Source: Azolla caroliniana (lineage: Eukaryota > Plantae > Polypodiophyta). From it: 64,000 bases of DNA. Location: the NCBI GenBank assembly GCA_043228905.1, contig JBHGNT010000014.1, forward strand, positions 10,788,001-10,852,000. The letters run 5' to 3'. The position numbers were made by a program, and so were the translations under genes. Under the pieces are notes generated by a model. The model saw nothing but the letters and a program-made list of their open reading frames with translations. It did no database searches and was not told the DNA's origin. Below are positions 45,923 through 59,755 of this stretch, piece after piece. Within the stretch, counting starts at the first letter, position 1, and the number at the start of each line of letters is the position of its first letter.

Positions 45923-48900
45923 TGTAGAAAGAAAAAAAAGGATAAAATAAATGGGTTCGAGACTTAGCCGAGTTTGTGTTATGTCGTAGTCACATCGGCA
46001 TTTTGCCCACGACGAGCACGCTAAAAGAACAAGGATGCCCCGCCAAGAGAAGAAACGCGACACTCGACAACCTCAAGAAACAAGGAGGAGAAGAGCACGG
46101 CAATGGCAATGGCGACTACAACGGATGATGGCGAACTGCAGCAGGTCGTCCAGCACGCAGACGGCAGCAGACGGCGACGGATGGCAACAGACGGTGACAG
46201 ACGGCGACGGACGTCAGAGGCGGCAGCGCGCCAACAGACGACAACAGCACGATGGGGGGGGGGGAGTGCAGCTCGGTAGCAGGCGGCGACAGACGTCGCA
46301 GACGGCAGCGACGACAGCATGGCGCACGACCGTTGCAGCTGGCACACGACCGTGCAAAGAGAGAGAGAGAGAGAGAGATAGAGCGATACTCTGTTGTAAC
46401 CGGCGGTTGGTGAAGATACAGAGCTCGAGGTCGTTGCCTCTGAGTTTCTGTTAGTACCTTTCTTATATAGTGATAGTTTGGAGTCTATGGGCTCCTGTGG
46501 TTTTTCCCTATTAGGGTTTTCCATGTAAACATCCTGTGTATCCTCTATCGTTCTTTGTGTGTGTACGTGTGTTCACTCCCTACTTCCCGTTTCTGTGTTT
46601 GATCCTTAAATGAAGTGATTGAAGACTCGGTTGTGGCCGAGCGATATTCCGCGCTATTCTCTACAAACTGGTACCAGAGCGAACAACACAGAAATTGGAA
46701 GAATCGTTCCAATTACTCAGTGTGGAAGTGGAAGATAAGGGATATGCTGGTGGTTAAAGATCTTTGGTTGCCGGTTCAGTTCGGGGAAAAGAGACCGGAT
46801 AAGATCAACGCTACAGTGTGGGAGGTGATGTACTTGAAGACGATGACATACATCAAGTGCTTCATCCACATAAGCATGTACAACAACTTCAATCAAGAGA
46901 GCAGGGCTCATGAACTCTAGGAAAAGATTGACATCATGTTCCTGAACAAGAATGTTGTTAATCGGGTTTCGGTATTCCGGAAGATAGTGAGGCTCTGGTA
47001 CCAAGACGGCTCATGTATGGCGGAACACATGAATGCCTTTCAGGGGCTAATACACCAAGAAACCTCGTTGGAAGTACCTCTCGCTGATGAGGTACTCGCA
47101 TTGCTCCTGCTCGGTTCCCTTCCGGATAGCTGGGAGACGCTAGTTGTCACGTTGGGCAACGCCAGGCCAGAAGGAGAGTAGTCGTCCCTAGCAAGGGTAA
47201 AATCAAGCTTGCTAGATGAAGAAGCTCGCCGAAAGTACCGGGAGTCCGGAACCAATCCTATGGCCGTGGTCACAGAAGATGACCACAACCAGGGAAGAGG
47301 CCGGTATCGGAGTTCCCAAAGTTGGAACAAGTCGGGGATGAGGTCGAAGTCAACGGGGAGGCCTACTTGCTTCTACTATGGGAAGCCAGGGCACTTCCAG
47401 AAGAACTGTCGGCATTTCTGGAAAGAGAAAGAAACCACCACTACTGATTCTAAGAAGAGTTTGGACCAGAGAGGCCTGGAACGTCGGCAATGGCAACAAT
47501 TGAAGAGGAACTGATGCTCATTACTGAGGAGAAGGGGTTAAACCTTGTTTGCGATGAGAGAACGTGGGTTGTCGATTCTAGAGCATCGTTCCACCTCGCA
47601 CTGGATCGGAAATGCTTCTCATCCTACACACCCGGTGATCATGGTTGTGTCCAGATGGGGAATGAAGGTACATGCCGAATTATCGGCGTAGGAGATGTGT
47701 TGTTGAGGACATCAACCGGATGCAAGTTGCTACTGAAGTATGTTCAACATGTTCCGGAGGTTCGACTGAACCTGATATCCGCCGGTGGGATAGATGATGA
47801 TGGCTACACGGGTGGCATCCGGAACGCAGTCATGAAGTTCAACAAAGGGAGCCTAATAGTGGCTCGAGCCAAGAAGGTCAACACACTGTACTTGATGATT
47901 GCCCGGATATGCCAGGACGAAGTGAACGTAGCATCCCACACTTCCGGTGAGCTGTGGCACAAGAGACTGTGTCATATGAGCCAGAAGGGGATGAAGGGAC
48001 TTGCCGAAGACAATCTCATTGCGGTGAAGGACATGCAACTTGATAAGTGCACTGATTGTTTGGCCGGCAAGCAAAACCGAACCTCCTTCCAGCCAAGACC
48101 ACTGATGAGACGGAATGCACCACTGGGGCTGGTGCATACCGATGTGTGTCAAGTGGACATGAAGTCAAATGCCGGATCACAGTACTTCATGACATTCATA
48201 GATGACCACAGCCGAAGTTGTGGGTCTCACCATTGAAGTCAAAGGATCAAGTGCTACATGTCTTCAAGGAGCTCTATGCGAGTGTGCAAAGAGAAACTGG
48301 CCAGAAGCTGAAGGCGGTTCGAGCAGACAACGGAGGAGAATACCAGGGGGCATTCTACATACAGATATGTCATGACTTATGCAGGGAGAGTTGTTTCGTG
48401 GCAGTGGAGGCTGCAAAAGACGGTTTCCTTGTCAACCACGGAGGCCGAGTACATGGCAACTATGGAAGCTGGCAAGGAGATAATCTGGTTTAAGGACTTC
48501 ATCGGAGAGCTAGGGATCTAATAGGAGGAATAGATGCACTACTATGACAGTCAAAGTGCCATCCACCTTGCAAAGAACATGACCTACCATTCCCAGACGA
48601 AACATATCCAACGGAGGTACCACTGGATCCGGGAGAGAGTAGAAGATCAAGAGTTTGCGCTGACAAAGATCAACACAGACGAGAACCAGTCGGAAATGTT
48701 GACCAAGGTGTTGACAACTGACAAGCTGGATGCGTGCCGAAAGCAAATTAGGCTGGCTAGACATCCCATGCCGGAGTAAAGGGGGAGATTGTTGAGAAAT
48801 CGGTCCCTCCGGATGCGATTTGGTTATGAATGAAGAGGACTTGGTAAGAACCGGAAGAAATTCGGAAACCGGATCGGATGGACTTGGTGAGAACAGGAAG

Positions 48901-51900
48901 AGAAGACATATTTGTAAATATGTTTTGAGAAAGCCTATTGAGGCTATATTTGTAAATAGCCCTAAGTTCATATAAGTATAAATATGACTTAGGGCAATCA
49001 CTTTATATGGATGATATTATATTGTTGTTGATATAATTGTTGCATAGAGAAAGAACCGGCGGCTGGCGAAGATACAGAGCTCGAGGTCGTTGCCTCTGAG
49101 TTTCTGTTTGTACCTTTCTTATATAGTGATAGTAACTTTGGAGTCTATGGGCTCTTGTTGTTTTTCCCTATTAGGGTTTTCCACATTAACATCATGTGTA
49201 TCCTCTATCGTTCTTTGTGTGTGTACGTGCGTTCACTCCCTACTTCACGTTTCTATGTTTGATCCTTAAATTAAGTGATTCAAGACTCCGTTGTGGCCGA
49301 GCAATATTCTGCGTTATTCTCTACAGTCAGTTCATTTGGCCTTAGGTCGGTAGTAGTGGGAGTGGATTGGGAAGTCAATTCCAACTTTTGTTGCTTCCAG
49401 TCCTCTATTGTCTTGTTTTCCAAGAAGACTACATCCCGACCCCTCACTACTTTTTTATTGACTATGTCCCACAACCTATAGCCAAACTCGTCCTCTGAGT
49501 ATCCAATGAATATGCCCGGTTTCGACTTTTTGTTGAGCTTTGAACTCTAATCCTTAGCCACATGCATATACACTAAACATCTGAACCCCCTCAGGTGTCG
49601 GTAGGAGACATCCTTTCCTGTCCACACCCTTTGTGGGACATCACCTTTCAATGGTACTGAGGGGGCCCTATTGATAACATACACAACTGTGTACATCGCC
49701 TCAGCCCAATACGATTTCGGCAACTTAGCATGAGAGAGTGTGCTCACCACTCTCTCCATGATTGTTCGATTCATCCTCTCTGCAAGCCCGTTCAACTCAG
49801 GGGTCTTTGGCACTGTGTATTCAATTTGAATACCTTGGGCCTTGCAATAATCTGTGAAGTGCCCTTTATATTCGCTACCATTGTCAGTCGGTTCAGACAA
49901 CCTTCAACTTCTGACCCAACTCTTGATTTGTTCTTGCTTGGACCTCCCTGAACATTGACAGTACTTGATCCTTCATCTTCAGCATAAAACCCCATGTCTT
50001 CCGACTATAGTAATCAATAAAAGTTACAAAGTATTCTCCACCTCGATGTGATGGAGCATCTAAATAGCACACATTTGTGTGTACTAGTTCGAGTGCAACT
50101 TCTCTTCTTCTCGGTGGTCTTGTGTGGAATGTGTTGGGAAGTCGGTCCCTTCGGATGGGATCCGGTTATCAATGAAGTGGACCCGGTGAGAACCGGAAGA
50201 GATTTGGAAACCAGATCAGATGGACCTGGTGAGAACTGGAAAAGGAGACATTTGTAAATATGTTTCTAAGTAAGTCTATTGAGGCTATATTTGTAAATAT
50301 CCCTAAGTTCATATAAGTATAAATATGACTTAGGGAATCACTTTATGTGTGGTTGTTGTCATATTGTTGTGTGTGGATAACCGTTGTATAGAGAGAGACA
50401 GGAGATACAAAGTGATACTCTGTTGTAACCGTCAGTTGACGAAGATACAGAATGAGTCTATGATTGTATTTTTCCTATATATAGTGATAGCTTGGAGTAT
50501 GTGGGTTCCCGTGGTTTTTCCCCATTAAGATTTTCCACGTAAACATTTTGTGTACTCTCTACTTCCCATTTCTGTGTTTCATTGTCATTGAAGTGATTCA
50601 AGACTCAGTTGTGGCTGAGCAATATTCCGCACTATTCCTCTCAATTTGGTATCAGAGGGAACATAGGAAATGGAAGAATAGTTCGACGGCATGTTCAAGC
50701 TCAGCGGCTCCAACTACTCAGTGTGAAAGTCGAAGATGAGGGATATGCTGGTGGTTAACGATCGTTGGTTGTCGATTCAGTTCGGGGACAAGAGATTGGA
50801 TAAGATTGACGCCACAGTGTGGGAGGTGATGCACATGAAGACGACTGCATACATCCGGTGCTTCATCAACATGAGCTTGTACAAAAACTTCCATTAAGAG
50901 AGCAAGGCTCATGAAATCTGGGAGAAGATCGCCATCATCTTCTAGAACAAGAATGTTGTTAATCAGGTTTCGGTATTCTAGAAGTTAGTGAGGCTCCGGT
51001 ACCAAGACGGCTCCAATATGGCAGAGCACATGAATGCCTTTGAGGGGCTAATCCATCAAGCAACCTCATCGGAAGTACCTCTCGTCGATGAGGTACTCGC
51101 ATTACTCCTGGTCGGTTCCCTCCCGGAGAGCTAGGAGACTTTAGTTGTCACGTTGGGCAACACCAGGCTGCAAGGAAAACAGATGTCCCTAGCAAGGGTA
51201 AAATCAAGCTTGCTAGATGAATAAGCTCGCCGGAATGACCGGGAGTCCAGAACCGATTCAAAGGCTTTGGTTACAGAAGATGACCACAACTAGGTAAGAG
51301 GTCGGTATCGGAGTCCCCAAAACTGGGACAAATCAGAGACAAGGTCAAAATCAAGGGGGAGGCCCACTTGCTGCTACTGTGGGAAGCCGGGGCACTTCCA
51401 AAAGAACTGTCGGCATTTCTGCTACCCATTCGAAGAAGAGTTCGGACCAGAGAGGCCCGGATCAGAAGGGAACGTCGGCAATCGTATTAATTGAAGAAGA
51501 ATTGATGCTCATTACCGAAGAGAATGAGTTATACCTTGTGGGCAACGAGACAACATGGGTTGTCGATTCCGGAGCGTCGTTCCACCTAACACCGGATTAG
51601 AAATGCTTCTCATCCTACACAACCGGTGATCATGGTTGTGTCCAGATGGGGAATTTTCGGCATAGGATATGTGTTGTTGACGACATCAACCGGATCCAAG
51701 TTAATGCTGAAGGATGTCTGACACGTTCCGGAGGTTCGACTGAACCTGATATCAGTCGGTCTGCTAGATGATGAAAGCTACACGGGTAGCATCCGGAACG
51801 GAGTTATGAAGTTTGAAAAAGGGAGCCTAATAGAGGCTCAAGCCTGGAAGGTCAACATATTGTACTTGATGCATGCCCGGATATGCTGGGAAGAAGTGAA

Positions 51901-52509
51901 TGTTGCATCCAACACTACCGGTGAGCTATGGCACAAGAGACTATGTCATATGAGCGAGAAGGGGATGAAAAGACTTGCCGAAGACAATCTCATTCCGGTG
52001 AAGGACGTGCAGCTTGAGAAGTGCATCGATTTCATGGCCGACAAGCAAAACCGAACCTCCTTCCGGTCAAGACCACCGATGAGACATAATGCACCATTGG
52101 AGTTGGTGCATACTGATGTGTGTCAGGTGGGAATGAAGTCACATGCCGGATCGCAGTACTTCATGACTTTCATAGACAACCACAACCAGAAGTTGTGGCT
52201 CGTGTTAAGAAAACGTGAAGAAGGCACTCGGGCTCTTCTTATGTGCGCAGCAGATCGTGGTGTGCTAGATCGTTTAGTGCTCAAACACAGAAGGGAAGGG
52301 GGAAGGAGACTTACCTCTGTAGCAGCCAAAACTTCTTCTATTTCATTATACGCAGAGCTCTACTTGCTCTCGTTTCTTTCTTTCTTTTTCTCTCACTCTC
52401 TGAGTTCTTCCTCTCTTTCCTCACTCTCTCTCTCAGAGTTCTACTTCCTGTGTTTCTTACTTACCTACTCTCTTACTTTCTACCTAAGTAATAAGTTACT
52501 TACGTATGC

Positions 52510-52665
52510 AGCTAATTAGCTGCCTGTAGCTAATTAGTTGTCAGTCGCTAAATAGTTGTCAGTAGCTAAATAGCTGTCAGTCGCTAAATAGTTGTCAGTA
52601 GCTAATTAGCTGTTAGTCGCTAGATAGTTGTCAGTAGCTAATTAGCTGTCAGTAGCTAATTAGCT
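52510..52665. repeat. 18-bp tandem array in the copia-E 3' LTR
   Basis: Units AGCTAATTAGCTGTCAGT and CGCTAAATAGTTGTCAGT. Confidence 0.9.
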
Positions 52666-52774
52666 GTTTCTCCTTTATGTTCACAAGTAGCTAAATAGCT
52701 ACTATAGCTTATTTCCCAATAAGCATCACATACCATGTTGAGCTTGCTTCTCAACACTCCCCCTCAAGCTCAAC

Positions 52775-55700
52775 TTATCCTTTCTTGGGGTTATCTACAA
52801 CTTCTTTTCCATGATGCTTTTTAGCCATCATATCAATGTCTACAACTCCCATCATGTTCCGAAACTGTGTATGCTTTTCCACACTCAATCCCTTTGTGAG
52901 AATATCAGCAACCTGCTGATTTGTATTCACATACACCAGATCAACTTCTCCTTCAATCACTTTTTCTCTAACAAAGTGATAATGCACTTCAATGTGCTTT
53001 GTTCTTGCATGGAACACTGGGTTCTTTGCAAGCTGAATGCTGCTCATGTTGTCACACCAGATTGTGATAGTGTAGCGTCTATATACTCTCCCAAATCAGC
53101 AAGCAATCTTCTGATCCATACCTCTTCACAAGTGGCTATGGCAGCTCCTCTGTACTCAGCTTCAGTACTAGACAATGCAACAGTAGCCTATTTCTTGCTA
53201 CTCCATGAAATACCTGCACTTCCCAATGTAAAGATATATCCACTTGTGGATCTTCTATCTGTTTGGCTTCCAGCCCAATCAGCATCTGTATATCCTTCCA
53301 GATTTATGTCCAAATCAGCCCTATAAAACAATCCATAGTTCTGAGTAGCTTTTACATACCTCAGAATTCTTCTGATGCAGTCCAAATGCGGCTTTGTTGG
53401 CAGTTGCATAAATTTGCTGACTAATCCAACTGCATAACTCAAATCAGGTCTTGTTATGGTCAAATAAATAAGGCTGCCCACCATAGACCTGTACATGTTT
53501 ACATCTTCTATTTTGGCTCCCAAATCAGCCCTCAATTTGCAGTTTTTATCTAGTGGTACTCCAATAGGTTTGCCTCCAAGCATACCATACTTTTTCAACA
53601 TAGTTGTTGCATATTGTCTTTGCAACACACATATACCACTTTCAGATCTGATGATTTCAACACCCAAAAAATATCTCAGATCTCCCAAATCTTTCATATG
53701 AAATTTCATTTCCAAATTTCTTTTCAGCTTACTTATCTCATCCATGAAATCACCTCCAATGATGAGATCATCAACATAAATCAGAATCACAACAATACAA
53801 TCATCTTCCCTTTTAACATACAATGATGAATCAGCCTTTGACATTTTGAAGTCAAGTTTTTTCAGATAATCTGAAAGTTCTTTGTGCCATGTTCTTGGTG
53901 CCTGTTTCAGTCCATAGAGAGCCTTTTTCAGCTTACATACATAATCTGAATGCTTCCTATCTTCAAAACCTGGTGGTTGACACATATACACTTCTTCTTC
54001 CAAGTTACCATGTAAAAAGGCATTTTTTACATCCATATGATGAAGAAACCATCTTCTGGCTGCACCTACAGCCAGTAATGTCCTCAATGTTGCCATCTTT
54101 GCAACCGGTGCAAATGTCTCATCATAATCAATTCCTTGCATTTGGGCATATATCCCTTTGCAACCAATCTTGCTTTATGTCTACTTACATTCCCACTGGA
54201 ATCATGCTTTGTCTTGTAGACCCATTTGCAACCTACCACATTTTTTTCTTTTGGTAACTTCACCAAATCCCATGTTCTGTTTTCAGCCAATGCATCAATC
54301 TCTTTTTGCATTGCATCCACCCATTTCTTCTCAGTTTTAGCCTCATCAAAACTACTTGGATCAGGGATCTGTACCACCTTAGACATATATGCACAATGCA
54401 TAGCCATATATGTATCATAACCAAATCTTTCAACATTTTTTTTCTCTCTATCTGATCTTCTCAGTTTCTGATTTGCATCCTTCAATGCTTTTTCCATACC
54501 AGGGATTTTCAATCCTCTTATGCCAAGAAGATCATCCAATGACACATCTGAATCCTCATCTTCCATGTTTTTAGACAAGTCATCCAACATTTCATACTCT
54601 GGCATTTTCTGTTTTCCTTTTTTATCATCACATTTTGTGTCCTCCACTTTTTCCACTCCAAGAATTCGAATCAGATTTACCATCTGAGCTTTTTGATGGT
54701 CCAGAACATTCTGTTGATGTTGGACTTTGCTATCCAACCTTGCTTCCATCTTTGTGGCAGTCTTCTACATTTTCAGATTTGTCTTTGTCTTCAATCTCAT
54801 TGTCTTCATCAGTCTCTGGATTCTGTTTTGGACTATACCAGCTGGCTAACTCATCAAAGATTACATCCCTACTTGTCACAATCTTCTTTGTTACAGGGTT
54901 ATAGCATCAATACCCTTTTTGTTCTTCTGAATAGCCAACAAAAATACATTTTTCTGCTTTTGGATCCAGCTTACTTCTTACTTATGCAGGCACATGTACA
55001 TATGCAAGGCATCCAAACACTTTTAAGTGTTCTAAACTAGGTTTCCTTCCATAGAAACACTCTTCAGGAGTTGCTTCATGTACTCCCGATGTTATACATC
55101 TATTTAGAATATAATTTGTTGTATTTACAGCTTCTGCCCAATAGTACAATGACATATTCTTCTCTGTCATCAAAGCCCTTGCAATGTTCACCAATGTTCT
55201 GTTTTTCCTCTCAGCAACTCCATTTTGCTGTGGAGTATATCTACATGTGAACTGTCTTCTTATTCCCTGATTGCATAGAAAATCAGAAAATTCATTGGAG
55301 AAATACTCTCCTCCTCCATCAGATCTTAAACATTTTATTCTTGTACCTGCCTGCTTTTCTACCATGCATTTAAACTTACAAAAACATTCAAACACTTCAC
55401 TTTTCTCTTTCATGAAATACACCCATGTTTTCCTTGAGCAATCATCAATAAAAGTTACATAGAATCTGCAGCCACCGATAGATGCATTCTTAGTTGGTCC
55501 CCATACATCCGTATGTACCAAATCCAACAGATTTTTGCTTACATTTCTTTCATGAGGGAATGGCAACCTATTTTGCTTTCCATATTGACATGCTTCACAT
55601 ATCTTTCCCATTTCACAATTTTTCAGTTTTGGCAGTCCAGCCACTACATCTTTTCTCAACATATTCTTTAGGGTTTGCATACTTATGTGGCCAATCCTTT

Positions 55701-57138
55701 TATGCCACATTTCCACATCTGAGACTACACTCATTCCATTTGCAAACATAGCTGAAATCTGTCTAGGCATGTCAACATCCAAAATAAACATTCTTCCTTG
55801 TCGTTTTCCTTTTGCAATGAGCTTCCCATTCTTTTCTATATAGCATCCACTTTGCTTAAACTTTACTTGCATACCTTGCTCTCCTATCTGTCCAACAGAA
55901 ATCAGATTCTTAGCAAGATTTGGAACATGCATTACATTCAACATATACTTAGTCTTTCCTTTTTCTTCCCACAATGGGATATCTCCAACATGTTCTATTT
56001 GGTGAGTACTATTATCACCCGTCTGTACATAGCCAAGAATCTCTGGTTCTCTCAACCTTTCAAACCAGTTTGCATGTCCAGTCATGTGGTTAGATGCCCC
56101 CGAGTCTACATACCATGTAAACTCTTCATTACATTTTTGTGAGCTTTCAGCCACTGCTGCTATCTCATGTTGTACCACAAATGCACCATCTTTTTCACAA
56201 TCTTCACTAGTTTGGGCATAGTTATTCTGCTGTCTCTTTCCTCTTTGCTCATCATTTTGCTTCTTGTAACATTCAGCCTGTGTGTGGCCTGGTTTTCCAC
56301 AATACCAACAACCATCATCATTTACATATGTTTGCTTACCTCTACCTTGGTTGCTCCCCCTGCCTCTGTTGTTATTTCTTCCTCTAATGGTTTGTTGTCC
56401 TCTTCCTTGATAACCATTATTGTTGGTTCTTGCTGAGCCAAATCTTCCATGACCTCTTCCTCGGCCTCTTCCAGCACTATTATATAGGGCTTGCCCCTCA
56501 TTCTCAAAATTTCCTTTATTTACATCATCCATCTGATTCCTTTCTTCTACTACAAGCATTGAAACCAAATCTGGAAAACTTGGGATACTATCCCTTGTAA
56601 GCATAGAGGTTTTAAAGCTTTTGTATTGAGGTCCCAAGCCTCTCAAGCATATTTCTACCTTATCATCATCTTCTATCTTTACATTGATAGAAGCAAGTGA
56701 TTCACATATGCTCTTTATTTTCAAAGCATACTCATTTATTGACATCTTACCTTTTTCTAAGGTATTTAGCTCAGTCTTCAACTGTAGCTTTCTAGCTTTT
56801 GTGTTTACTGCAAACAGTTTTACCAAACTGTCCCAAGCTTCTTTTGGGAGCATAGCATCTTGTATGTGCCCAAGCATCGAATCTGAGATGCTAAGTGAGA
56901 GCCAATGCATTAACTTCCTTGCCCCTTGATTCCAATCTTTGAATGCTTTAATCTGTGCTGCTGTGGCATTTTCTTCTAGGATCTCCGGAGCCTCTTCTAG
57001 GTCTCCTTCAATGTAATCCCAGTATCCTTTCCCCATCAGGAAATTTGTCATTCTAAATTTCCACACCGGGAAATTGTTTTTATCTAGTTTCTCTGTAACT
57101 ATTTGGCCCGCATTCTCTGCAGCCATTATCTCTTCCAA
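52775..57138 (-). pseudogene. Copia-E gag-pol with a few stops and frameshifts
   Basis: CWYCGKPGHTQAEC, WYVDSGASNHM, VHTDVWGP, RSDGGGEY, QQNGVAER, MDVKNAFLHG, YVDDL, YTDADWAG, ADILTK. Confidence 0.95.
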
Positions 57139-57572
57139 ACTAGGGTTTCTGCTACGATTACTTCAACAAGTAACTTTCTGATTTAGATCAGCAAACAAAG
57201 AAATACCTTTCTCAGATCTATGCACTTTTGTACTCTTCTTTATGAGCAACTCTGCTTTGATACCATGTTAAGAAAACGTAAAGAAGGCACTCGGGCTCTT
57301 CTTATGTGCGCGGCGGATCGTGGTGTGCTAGATCGTTTAGTGCTCAAACACAGAAGGGAAGGGGGAAGGAGACTTACCTCTGTAGTAGCCAAAACTTCTT
57401 CTATTTCATTATACGCGAAGCTCTACTTGCTCTCGTTTCTTTCTTTCTTTTTCTCTCACTCTCTGAGTTCTTCCTCTCTTTCCTCACTCTCTCTCTCAGA
57501 GTTCTACTTCCTGTGTTTCTAACTTACCTACTCTCTTACTTTCTACCTAAGTAATAAGTTACTTACGTATGC

Positions 57573-57711
57573 AGCTAATTAGCTGTCAGTCGCTAAATAG
57601 CTGTCAATAGCTAATTAGCTGTCAATCGCTAAATAGCTGTCAGTAGCTAATTAGTTGTCAGTTGCTAAATAGTTGTCAGTAGCTAATTAGCTGTCAGTAG
57701 CTAATTAGCTG
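57573..57711. repeat. 18-bp tandem array in the copia-E 5' LTR
   Basis: Same unit; this LTR is 18 bp shorter than its partner. Confidence 0.9.
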
Positions 57712-59755
57712 TTTCTCCTTTATGTTCACAAGTAGCTAAATAGCTACTATAGCTTATTTCCCAATAAGCATCACATACCATGTTGAGCTTGCTTCTCAAC
57801 AGGTCACAGCATTGAAGACGAAGGATCAAGTGTTATCCTTCTTCAAGAAGCTCCACGCGAGAGTGGAAAGAGAAACTGACCGGAAGCTGAAGGTGGTTCG
57901 AGTGGACAACGGAGGAGAATGTAGGGGGAAGTTTGAGGAGTACTGCCCGTCGAAGGGAATCCGACTCGAATTCATTGTGTCGAAGATGCCGGAATTGAAC
58001 AGGTTGGTTGAATGCATGAACCAGACCGTGATGGAGAGAGTCTGGAGCATGCTGGCACATTCAAAGTTACCAAAGAAGTTATGGGCTAAGGTGCTAATGA
58101 CGGCGACCTATGTGATAAACAGATCACCCTCAGTACCCTTGGACAGAGACACACCGCAAAGCGTATGGACCGGTAAGGACGTATCCTACCGGCATCTAAA
58201 GGTGTTAGGATGTCTCACTTACGTGCATGTGGTGAAGGATAAGAGAGCAAAGCTGGATCTGAAGTCCTGGCCATGCCTATTCCTTGGATACGGCGATGAT
58301 GAGTTCGGTTACGGAGTGTGGGATCAGGGCGACAAGAAGGTGTTCCGGAATCGGGACATAGTCTTCATCGAAGACAACACAATTGCCGACTGGGAGTCAG
58401 AAAAGAAGGTGATGAACTCGGGATCATCCCATGAAAACCGGTTTGAGAACACAAGGACTTACCCAGTTGAATATTGGATGTTAGCTGGTAACCGAAGGAC
58501 ACTCGACAAACCGGCCGGATTCAGACAAGAAACTGAACCGACCAAAGAAGAAAAAGAAGAAGAAGAAGAAGACACCGGATACGGAGAAGATCTCAAATCG
58601 GATTCAGATGAGGAAAAAACGGAGGAACCGGTAGTTAGAAACCAAGGAGGGAGATATCCTCCCCGAGAGAGAAGAGCCCCCCGGAGAGTTCCGGATGCAT
58701 AACATGTTTTGCGAGCCGGAAAGCTTCGAAGAAGCAAAGAGAGACACCCACAATTGCAAGTGGTTGAGTTCCATGCGGGATGAGATGGATTCCCTGCATG
58801 AGAACCACACGTATGAACTGATGGAGTTGCCGAATGGAAAGAGGGCACTCCGGAACAAGTGGGTGTAGAAGCGGAAACCGGGAGATGCCAAAACCCCACC
58901 AAGATACAAAGCACAAATCATGGTCAACGGGTTCCAGCAGAAGAAAGGAGTGGACTTCGATGAGATCTTTGCTCCAGTAGTAAAGATGACATCCATCCGG
59001 ATGGTATTGGGCATAGCAGCAAGCATGGACCTTGAGGTAGAGCAACTGGATGTCAAGATGGCATTCCTACATGGTAACCTCAAAGAAGAGATCTACATGC
59101 ATCAACCGGAAGGATTTGAAAAGAAAGGGAAGGAGCACCTGGTGTGCTGGCTGAAGAAGAGCTTATACGGACTGAAGCAATCTCCTCGGCAATGGTACCG
59201 GAAGTTCGACTCCTTCATGAATGACCAAGGGTACCACAAAACACAAGCCTATCTCTGCGTATTTGTAAAGAAATTTGATGGAGGAGATTTCCTGATACTC
59301 CTATTCGGATTCTGAAGAAGGCCCTGAACCAGAACTTCTCAATGAAAGACTTGGGACCGGCAAGACAGATATTGGGAATTTACATCATCCGGGACCGGTC
59401 GAAGAAGATGTTGTGGTTGTCATAGGAGAAGTACATGACAAAGGTGCTTCAACGATTCAACATGTCGGAGGCGAAACTGGTCGAATCAACACTTTCGGCA
59501 AACTGCAAGCTATCCAGAAAACAAAGCCCGACGACAAAGGCGGAGAAGACGGATATGATGAAGATACCATATGCCTCTGCCGTCGGAAGCTTCATGTACG
59601 TGATGGTATGTACCCGGCCGGATATCGGGTATGCAGTCGGAGTGGTGAGCCGGTTCATGAGCAATCCTAGAAGAGAGCACTGGAATACGGTAAAGTGGGT
59701 ACTCTGGTATTTGAAACGCACCTCGACTAGTAATCCTTGGATTCGGATATGTCGG

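Larger units (their letters stand above)
31392..46352 (-). mobile_element. Apparently full-length RTEX-like LINE (GC-rich 5' UTR, ORF1, ORF2, 3' UTR, (TCTT)n tail), split by a gypsy element
   Basis: ORF2 halves rejoin as ...LRSK/SSVPHDII across TSD ATTTG. Flanked by LTR sequence TGCA(T/A)AGAGAGAGA on both sides. Confidence 0.9.
31129..49325 (+). mobile_element. Copia-A copy 4: 5' LTR (31129-46665) split by an RTEX LINE, internally deleted, 3' LTR 48790-49325
   Basis: TSD GTCAA/GTCAG (one mismatch). PBS TGGTACCAGAGC at 46669. Gag/PR/INT remnants 46700-48340, then a jump to RNase H at ~48346. PPT AAAGGGGGAG. Confidence 0.9.
52203..57801 (-). mobile_element. Copia-E full-length element
   Basis: LTRs 52203-52756 and 57266-57801. 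PBS TGGTATCAAAGC directly adjacent to the 5' LTR; PPT GAGGGGGAG at 52757-52765. TSD degenerate (GCTCG/GGTCA). Confidence 0.95.

Noticed and set aside
52510-52665. Regular short repeats resembling a CRISPR array
   Set aside because: The units are head-to-tail with no unique spacers, lie inside both LTRs of a copia element, and no cas genes are present.
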